Positions 41,701-46,804 of a stretch of 46,804 bases of DNA are shown here, piece by piece (the stretch's first letter is position 1; the number at the start of each line of letters is the position of its first letter). The notes under the pieces are model-generated. The model did not search any database. It saw only the letters and a list, made by a program, of their open reading frames with translations, and was not told where the DNA came from. The stretch is from a virus: positions 1 through 46,804 of IMG/VR virus record IMGVR_UViG_3300045284_000122; one strand, 5' to 3'. Position numbers and translations under genes: made by a program.

Positions 41701-42613
41701 CTCCAAGTTCGTCGAGCAGACGCCTCAGTACGGGGCGCTCTCCCGGGCCGCACGTCGCGACCTCAACATGACCCGGCTCCAGTTCCTGCACGCGGTCCGC
41801 ACCGGCGACGCCGCGGTGAGGGGCCTCGCCCGCGGACTCCGCAACACCGACGAGCAGATCCGCTACGCCAGGGAAGTCGAGAAGACCTTCGGCAACTGGG
41901 GGAAGAACTCCCCGCAGGCGCGCCGCTTCCTCACCACCTGGGCGCCGTTCTGGATGTGGGCGAGAGCGTCAGCCCGCTTCGTGTTGATGACCTTGCCGCG
42001 CGATCATCCGATCACCACGGCGCTCCTCTCCGCCTCAGAGCAGATGACCCGCGAGGAACGCCAGAAGCTCGGGTACGACTTCAACGCCAAGCTCCCGCTT
42101 CCGGGCTTTCTCCAGAGCGGCATCCCGGGACCGGGCGGGTCGGCGTACAAGCTGTCCAACCTGACGTCGTTCGGCACCTTCGCCGACTACCCGCAGTTCC
42201 TCGCCTCCATCCCGGCGCCGCAGTTCTCCGCCCTCGTGCTCGGCGGCCTGGGCCTCGACTGGAAGGGCGACAAGCTGGTCGATTCCAAGGGGCGCGAGGC
42301 TGGGGCGCTGGAACGGGTGAAGGCTGCCCTCGCCGGCACGCTCGACGGCTATGTGCCGTTCCTGAACCCAGCGCGCCAGTACGCCAAGTACGGCGTCGGG
42401 GGGCTGAGTCCGGTGCGCAAATACCCGAAGTCGACCGTGGACTACCTGCGGTGGCTCCAAGGCCAGTCGCAGGAGATCACGGTCCCGATCAAGGGAGCGC
42501 CACCCGCTCCGGGCAGCAAGCCATCGGGCGGCTCGAGCAGCCAGGGCGGACTCTGGTCGGCAGGCGGCAGCAGCGGATCCAGCGCACCGGGGGCACTGTG
42601 GTCAACGAAATGA
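38738..42613 (+). CDS. Giant internal virion or ejection protein (1291 aa)
   Basis: It is the largest ORF and sits just before the SLT-domain protein, as in T7 gp15/gp16. The TTG start is uncertain. Confidence 0.5.
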   Translation: MPGPTVSHSGRPLYGSPAGRRRRQRHQQAVSHAARQARRTPQYRQARAANHQAASNYIHRLATSRYNVTARPANVASAFNLLSDQEKAHYAPHLLRKYQGRPPAVLAPYDRKRYATKVGVAKEGKTEYNFKQPSDLSRAVEVAATVVPVGRLGLIGKAALDIARAKKGEEAIQAGATLARAGHAAEEARTAERATQVGRATEEARPLARGAQKLWSHARTGARTAGKGARFGKRHPFVSATGLDLAAQAPVVAKSGDPSQFKGALEGTGTAAGLLGSAGSAVKSVVPGVAGNALSDLISLPAQVPPSVYLVGKAGVEAAQGRPQTWERLKTSFLKHDALALLAQGKGSEALKAAGEHPVYTGLEALGVKAAVGRGVSAPGRLLESGKPVEQRPPLHVYGERSIRRGPYSRDAITAARQRLADRRAMERRPGPMMEDIHGRPQQSIRAKPRQARKYLADFTDRTTYANEQVRRGEHRRTEHELAQVKPRGAQADVVSQLVQGIARDPERAIADLRNYRDNLVAAQRDLSPAQVVANRATIKQIDAALKSPDPERVAAAATAYVRQQAPVVQELVDRGLLSARQAEKSVAIPYARTHMGASHGLSQADRGALEQVHQEMRQSGLSNEERGRLLGRWNRLNSRRQTLDQHGNPLSLEAIHEHMRASGVHPEERGFVTQRLGGQKGPISHYRTYTERNRLPSARRTGEATAKGTADFSWDALVNQAVHSRSLLDSVKSFDRLTKEGVMRGPGGKWFKNPQEARLAIEHPAEFGMQLPEVPGGWVPWRIAPFLAKRGELEAARQYGEGASVDALHADIPELADTVMRDAIEQARAPGEGDTGLIPKVVADRLAQHFQPALPVEKTAQAITGGFKGAVLPTSPGWAAGNIIDNYLVRALSIGGGPVSITGGRAFGRSLTAELGPAEATRALESIVPGGLYGSYKRVQPYRAAEQFVGTRLEPVWRAAHALRVTPGPKQLMDLYGKYRDAVFEADSKFVEQTPQYGALSRAARRDLNMTRLQFLHAVRTGDAAVRGLARGLRNTDEQIRYAREVEKTFGNWGKNSPQARRFLTTWAPFWMWARASARFVLMTLPRDHPITTALLSASEQMTREERQKLGYDFNAKLPLPGFLQSGIPGPGGSAYKLSNLTSFGTFADYPQFLASIPAPQFSALVLGGLGLDWKGDKLVDSKGREAGALERVKAALAGTLDGYVPFLNPARQYAKYGVGGLSPVRKYPKSTVDYLRWLQGQSQEITVPIKGAPPAPGSKPSGGSSSQGGLWSAGGSSGSSAPGALWSTK

Positions 42614-42615
42614 GG

Positions 42616-42771
42616 TCAGCGACAGACGTGCGAACTCGCCGGCCAATACGGCTGCTCCGACGCCTTCACGCCTCCAGCGCAGAGGCTGGAGCTGGTCTGG
42701 GAAAGCAGGATCAGTAGGACGATGCCAGCGATGACGACCAGCCCGATTCCCCACTCGATTAGCCGTGTCAT
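42616..42771 (-). CDS. Possible antisense small membrane protein (51 aa)
   Basis: MTRLIEWGIGLVVIAGIVLLILL... is one strong TM segment. GC3 is about 78 percent. The ORF fills an otherwise empty 228-bp gap. A TTGACG -35-like box lies upstream on the minus strand, and the transcript could be near-leaderless. Confidence 0.4.
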   Translation of the reverse strand: MTRLIEWGIGLVVIAGIVLLILLSQTSSSLCAGGVKASEQPYWPASSHVCR

Positions 42772-42840
42772 GGCCCGACAGTCTCACAGCTTCGCCGCTC
42801 CGTCAAGGACAATGGACGAAATGCTGAGTGGAAGGTAACC

Positions 42841-44268
42841 ATGCCCCGCAGCACCGGCACCTACTTCCCCCGGCGGCGAAACGCCGCCCCGCCCAGCGGG
42901 CACGGAGGGGGCGGCCCCGCTCCGAGTCCTGCGGCCAGCGCCGCGATCCCGGTCGCTGTGGCGGGCGGGAGCGCCGCCCAGATCAATGCGTCGCCGACAG
43001 TGCGGACTCCGCAGCGACTCGCGGCATATCCCGGCCGCTCAGGAACGGGCCCGACCATCGCCGGGCAGAACCGCGGACCAGGAGCCGTCCTGCAACGGGT
43101 CTTGCAGGGGCTGACACCGAATCAGCGCGCCCTTGCACCCTTCGCGATCACGGCCTCTAAGAAGTACGGGATTCCCGCCTCGGTACTGATGTCGCTGATG
43201 GGGCAAGAGTCCGACTACGGGGCTAACACGGGCCCGAGCTCGGCTGGGGCCTTTGGCGTCACCCAGTTCATCCCGTCTACGGCGCAGACCTACGGCGTGG
43301 TGCCGGGCAGTTCCAAGAAGGCGCTCACGTCACAGGTAGAGGGCGCGGCGCATCTCCTGAGTGACCTGGGATTCAAGAAGGATCCGCAGAGCGCCTTGTC
43401 GGGCTACTCGGGCGGCTACGCAGCCGCTGACTACAACAACCCGATCCTCGCCAACGCTAGGAGCTTCCGAGCACTGGACAAGGTAAGTGGTGCTGGCGGC
43501 GGCGGTTCCCCCTATGCCTACCCCTTCAGCAAGGGCATCTCGATCGGGCGCACGGATATGGGCATCGACCCGTCCGGCCCCGGCGTGATCCGCGCCATCG
43601 GCAAGGCCCGCTACGTTGGGCAGGGCGGCTCCGGCTGGCCGAGCGAGGGCGGCACTGGGGTCGGGCCCGTCTACAAGCTCCTCAAGGGGCCCTTACAGGG
43701 CAAGCGCGTCTACACCTACGAGGGCATCACCCCCGCCAATCTCCAACCCGGCCAGATACTGCGCAAAGGCCAGGTGATCGCCAAGTCCACGGGCTCATCG
43801 TTCGAGACGGGCTTCGCCAAGGGCAGGGCGGCAGGGTTCCAGCCGCTCGCCTCCGATACCTACAGCGAGGGTGACGTAACAAAGCAGGGCACCCGCTTCC
43901 GGAACCTCGTCGACAGTCTGAAGAGCGGCGGCGGCATCGGCGGCCTCGGTGGAGCGAGCTTCGGGGGCACCCTCGCCGGCGGGACTGGCGGTGGCGGCTT
44001 CGGCGGCACGGCAGCGACCGCGATGGCGGCTGGCACCCCTCCGGCGCCTCCGACGAGTCGGCGTCCTGGAGCGGGCATCGGTAGCAGCGGGGACGTCACC
44101 GGCCTGCTCGCGGCGCTGATGCCGCAGTCGCCGAGTCCAGGAGGACTGCTCGGCTCAACGGTAGGAGGCGCAGGGCAGAGTCCGCACGACTTCACCCCCG
44201 ATGAGCTCGCGGCTGCGCTTGGCGTCACGCCGTCCTCGAAGCCGAAGCGACGTCTTGCCACCCGATGA
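42841..44268 (+). CDS. Virion-associated lytic transglycosylase (SLT/GH23) with a degenerate LytM-like domain and a Gly-rich tail
   Basis: IPASVLMSLMGQESDYG...GAFGVTQF is the SLT catalytic-Glu context. An M23-like fold pattern DMGIDP...YTYEGI...GQILRKGQVIAKSTGSSFETGF follows, with the His ligands replaced. Confidence 0.75.
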   Translation: MPRSTGTYFPRRRNAAPPSGHGGGGPAPSPAASAAIPVAVAGGSAAQINASPTVRTPQRLAAYPGRSGTGPTIAGQNRGPGAVLQRVLQGLTPNQRALAPFAITASKKYGIPASVLMSLMGQESDYGANTGPSSAGAFGVTQFIPSTAQTYGVVPGSSKKALTSQVEGAAHLLSDLGFKKDPQSALSGYSGGYAAADYNNPILANARSFRALDKVSGAGGGGSPYAYPFSKGISIGRTDMGIDPSGPGVIRAIGKARYVGQGGSGWPSEGGTGVGPVYKLLKGPLQGKRVYTYEGITPANLQPGQILRKGQVIAKSTGSSFETGFAKGRAAGFQPLASDTYSEGDVTKQGTRFRNLVDSLKSGGGIGGLGGASFGGTLAGGTGGGGFGGTAATAMAAGTPPAPPTSRRPGAGIGSSGDVTGLLAALMPQSPSPGGLLGSTVGGAGQSPHDFTPDELAAALGVTPSSKPKRRLATR

Positions 44269-44301
44269 ACCCGAAAGGGATCGGCGAGCGATGGCTGATG
44301 C

Positions 44302-44487
44302 GTGAACCGCTGGCCCCTGATACGCGACGTGGGCTTGTTCGCGGTCGGGATGATCGCGTTCGTCAACGAGGCGATCCTCCAGTCGCACCCCGAGCCGTCG
44401 CTTCTCCTGATCTACGCAGGGCTGATGGGAGCACCAGCCGTCCTGCGCTCGGACGAGAGGAAGGGGAACGGTGATGGCGGTCGGTGA
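44302..44487 (+). CDS. Holin-like protein with two TM segments
   Basis: TM segments VGLFAVGMIAFVNEAIL and LLLIYAGLMGAPAVL plus a charged C-terminus; high GC3. Confidence 0.55.
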   Translation: MNRWPLIRDVGLFAVGMIAFVNEAILQSHPEPSLLLIYAGLMGAPAVLRSDERKGNGDGGR

Positions 44488-44644
44488 GCGCGGTCCGCGC
44501 GGATACCAGGGCCCGAAGGGGCCGAAGGGCGATACCGGCGACAGCCTTAGCCGGTGGATCAACGACCACCCCGGAACGGTCCTCTACATCGCGATCATGG
44601 TGACGGCCAGCGTCTTCCTCCAACTCTTGCAGGCGTGGTCATGA
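44474..44644 (+). CDS. Micro-protein (56 aa) with a collagen-like G-X-Y run and a C-terminal TM segment
   Basis: GERGPRGYQGPKGPKGDTGD followed by VLYIAIMVTASVFLQLL. GGAAGGGG RBS and an ATGA overlap with the next gene. Confidence 0.5.
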   Translation: MAVGERGPRGYQGPKGPKGDTGDSLSRWINDHPGTVLYIAIMVTASVFLQLLQAWS

Positions 44645-44964
44645 AGCTGCGGATGCCAACTGGAGTGGTCTTACTCCGCTACCTCGTGGTGGCAGTCACC
44701 GCGCTATTGGTCGTCGGGTATTTCAACAACAAAGCTCAGGGAGACAAGACCTGCGACGCGATCAAGGTCATGGGTGAGGGGATCGTCTCGAACCATCAGC
44801 ACGCGATTGACCAGTCGAATGCTTTCCTCAAGAGCGGCGCCTACGAGAAGTTCTTCCCCGACGTCCCGACGAAACAGCTCATTGAGCTGACGAAGGCACA
44901 GAACGCGCGGGACCAGGCCGAGATAAACGGTGTCAATGAAGCAGTTGGCTCGGCGTGCGGCTGA
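44641..44964 (+). CDS. N-terminally anchored membrane protein
   Basis: TM segment VVLLRYLVVAVTALLVVGYF; ATGA overlap start. Confidence 0.55.
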   Translation: MKLRMPTGVVLLRYLVVAVTALLVVGYFNNKAQGDKTCDAIKVMGEGIVSNHQHAIDQSNAFLKSGAYEKFFPDVPTKQLIELTKAQNARDQAEINGVNEAVGSACG

Positions 44965-45437
44965 TGCGGGAACGGTCCTTCGCAGCCCTCATGGCGGGGG
45001 CGGTCCTCGCTGGGGTCGGCGCGCTGACGCTGGTTCAGCAGATCGACGTACCGGGCGTGTCGAAGTTCGTGCGGCCCTCCGAAAACGGCGTCGGGACGCG
45101 ATGCGCCGAGGGCGACGAGAGCGCCTGTAAGCAGCTCTGCTTGGCGCTCTCGGACGTCTCGACCATCAAGTGCGTGGATCATCTTTCCCGGGTGTTCCCG
45201 CGAGTCAAGGACGGCGCGCGTATCCGTCGGGGAGGTGATATCGGCACCGGCAACCCTCATCCCCCAGGTGGTCCGCCGGGGGGCGGGCCTCCACCGGCAC
45301 CGCCTGGCCCCCCAAACAAGCCGCCACCGCCGCCGACAAGGCCGCCACCGGCGCCGCCTCGGCCGATTCATAGCGTCGAGCACACCGTCTGCCACCTGAA
45401 CGTCCTTGGCATCCGAGTCTGTGTGAAGACGCCCTGA
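44955..45437 (+). CDS. N-terminally anchored protein with a long proline-rich segment and a Cys-containing C-terminus
   Basis: FAALMAGAVLAGVGALTLV is the TM segment, followed by PHPPGGPPGGGPPPAPPGPPNKPPPPPTRPPPAPPRP. Confidence 0.55.
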   Translation: MRLMRERSFAALMAGAVLAGVGALTLVQQIDVPGVSKFVRPSENGVGTRCAEGDESACKQLCLALSDVSTIKCVDHLSRVFPRVKDGARIRRGGDIGTGNPHPPGGPPGGGPPPAPPGPPNKPPPPPTRPPPAPPRPIHSVEHTVCHLNVLGIRVCVKTP

Positions 45438-45471
45438 CCGTCCGATGGAGCGTGAAAGCTAAGCAGGCACC

Positions 45472-46161
45472 ATGAAATTCAAGGTCATCGATTGCTGCCC
45501 TGCACCGGCGAAGCTCTACCCGGAGCTGCTCGCGATCAAGCAGGCAACTGGTTGCACCTACGCCTCCATCTACCGCGGCACGAGTTCAGGCGCGGCCAAG
45601 TACCTGACGGGCGGGCCTCCCTGCTACAAGCACACGCAGGCGTGGATCTACGCCAACTACCCGCCCGGAGTCGCGAATCCCCCGGGCCGCTCGACGCATG
45701 AGTGCCGCAACGACGGGGTGGCCTATCCGGGTCCTGCCTACATGCCCCTTCCGTGGTGGTGCTGCGGGATCGACGTCGACGACGCCCACGTCCAAGCGGT
45801 CTGCAACGCCGCCCGCGCGCGAGGCTGGATCGTCACCGTCACCTACCCCGGCTCTGCGGTCGAGTACCACCACGTCAACTTCCGCAAGGAGCCGCACATC
45901 AAGAGCCCCTTCAAGCCGCTGAAGCACGGCAGCCATGGGCCGCGGGTGAAGCGGCTGACGAAGAAGCTGCGGCACATCACCCGCCCCGGCAAGCGCGACG
46001 CCCACTACATGCACCACGTCACCAACCAGTTCGGAGACGGCGTGCGGGATGCGATCAAGCAGTTCCAACGGGACTACCACCTGACACCTGACGGAGTCGT
46101 GGGTATCCATACGAAGAAGCAGCTAGCCGTGTGCTGGCGCCACTGGAAGAAGCACCACTGA
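45472..46161 (+). CDS. Endolysin: tentative M15/hedgehog-fold zinc peptidase domain plus a C-terminal PG_binding_1 domain
   Basis: Candidate metal motifs RSTHECRNDGVA...GIDVDD...EYHHVNF. The C-terminal GPRVKRLTKKL...FGDGVRDAIKQFQRDYHLTPDGVVGIHTKKQL is a clear peptidoglycan-binding repeat. Confidence 0.65.
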   Translation: MKFKVIDCCPAPAKLYPELLAIKQATGCTYASIYRGTSSGAAKYLTGGPPCYKHTQAWIYANYPPGVANPPGRSTHECRNDGVAYPGPAYMPLPWWCCGIDVDDAHVQAVCNAARARGWIVTVTYPGSAVEYHHVNFRKEPHIKSPFKPLKHGSHGPRVKRLTKKLRHITRPGKRDAHYMHHVTNQFGDGVRDAIKQFQRDYHLTPDGVVGIHTKKQLAVCWRHWKKHH

Positions 46162-46804
46162 TGCCCGACCTGAGCCTCTGGGCGCCGGATGCCTGGGTCG
46201 CTTCTGCGCGAGCCGGGGCGTTCCGGCCGCTGAAGATCGCGGTCCCGCTACAACGGGGCGCCGATGTCTACGCCTTGCAGTCGGCGCTCAAGGTCGTCTT
46301 CTCGCCCGAACTGGAGATGGATGGCGTCTTTGGCCCGCTCACCAGGGACGCGGTGCGCAAGTACCAGGAGCACTCGGACGCCACCCTGAAGGTGGACGGG
46401 ATCGCGGGCGGCGTCACCCAGCTCGACATCGCCATGCGGCTCGCCAAGGCGGCCGGTGCAGCGGCGGCGCTGCCGAAGGGCGTCCCGGACGGCCACGTCC
46501 AGCAGGAGAGCTCGGGGATCCTCGGCCAGTACACGATCCTCTACACGACCGGGGCAGCGGCGGGCACCCGCGATCAGGGCGTGGTGCAGGAAAACAGCGG
46601 CCTGTACATACCGGCAGAGGCGTTCAGCGTCCCTCGGGCGCTCGAGACGCTGTGCAAGAAGGTCAAGGACTTCCACGCCAAGTACGTGCTCTGGGAGGTC
46701 GGAGACGTGAGGGCTTGGCGACTCGCCTGCGGGGCGTGGCATCAGCCCAGCTACACCGACCTGCTCGCTCAGGGCAAGGCGCTGTCCTCCAATCCGAAGA
46801 CGGA
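46161..46804 (+). CDS. Second lysin (5' part, continues into 1..197): N-terminal PG_binding_1 domain plus a transglycosylase-like domain
   Basis: ATGA overlap start. GADVYALQSALK...MDGVFGPLTRDAVRKYQ...VDGIAGGVT is the PG-binding part. HVQQESSG ... DQGVVQEN is reminiscent of GH23 E-S and GxxQ motifs. The frame runs off the window end. Confidence 0.65.
   Translation, partial: MPDLSLWAPDAWVASARAGAFRPLKIAVPLQRGADVYALQSALKVVFSPELEMDGVFGPLTRDAVRKYQEHSDATLKVDGIAGGVTQLDIAMRLAKAAGAAAALPKGVPDGHVQQESSGILGQYTILYTTGAAAGTRDQGVVQENSGLYIPAEAFSVPRALETLCKKVKDFHAKYVLWEVGDVRAWRLACGAWHQPSYTDLLAQGKALSSNPKT
46678..46804. repeat. Right copy of the 127-bp terminal overlap (identical to 1-127)
   Basis: Direct base-by-base comparison of the window ends. 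Confidence 0.95.

Larger units (their letters stand above)
1..46804. mobile_element. Complete temperate tailed-phage genome (podovirus-like, T7-type structural gene order). The assembly closes on itself; unique length 46677 bp.
   Basis: The two ends overlap exactly by 127 bp. There is a single copy each of repressor/cro, integrase, DnaB, large terminase, portal, scaffold, capsid, internal virion proteins and lysis genes. No host-like flanks are present. Confidence 0.85.

Noticed and set aside
38738-42613. Calling the 1291-aa protein a tape measure protein
   Set aside because: There is no upstream chaperone pair with a slippery frameshift and no tail tube or sheath candidates. The downstream gene is an SLT-type internal protein, as in podoviruses, so an internal virion or ejection protein is the better fit.

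Overview
The window is one complete tailed-phage genome. Bases 1-127 are identical to 46678-46804, so the contig closes on itself with a unique length of 46677 bp, and a lysin gene spans the junction. GC content is very high, Shine-Dalgarno sites are strong, and ATGA/GTGA start-stop overlaps are frequent, all of which suggests an actinobacterial-type host. Almost all genes are on the + strand. In order, the modules are: (1) a lysogeny switch with a CI-like XRE repressor on the minus strand (632-922) facing a Cro-like HTH gene; (2) an early recombination module with a Rad52-like annealing protein and a Cas4/RecB-like exonuclease, interrupted by an HNH gene; (3) excisionase, an AP2-domain tyrosine integrase and a candidate attP region (5602-7207); (4) a moron encoding a protein with 22 tandem 12-bp (D/A)AA(W/R) repeats; (5) replication genes (RusA, winged-helix initiator, DnaB); (6) packaging genes (HNH, an HTH protein that may be the small terminase, an RHH protein, the large terminase); (7) a two-gene secreted-protein moron between terminase and portal; (8) portal, then an unusual block of fibre-like and enzyme proteins (a clan-A glycosidase and a 1195-aa SGNH-esterase fibre), scaffold and an SU10-type capsid; (9) a T7-like tail and internal-virion module including an SLT protein; (10) a lysis cassette with two lysins carrying peptidoglycan-binding domains and five small membrane proteins. 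I found no tRNA, rRNA or CRISPR array. All family names come from motifs read by eye in the translations; no database search was possible. The most interesting items are the binary-coded tetrapeptide-repeat protein next to attP, an N-terminal module shared by three virion-type proteins in the portal-scaffold block, the self-contained moron between terminase and portal, four HNH endonucleases (one inside the capsid operon), and a lone antisense micro-gene in the late operon.
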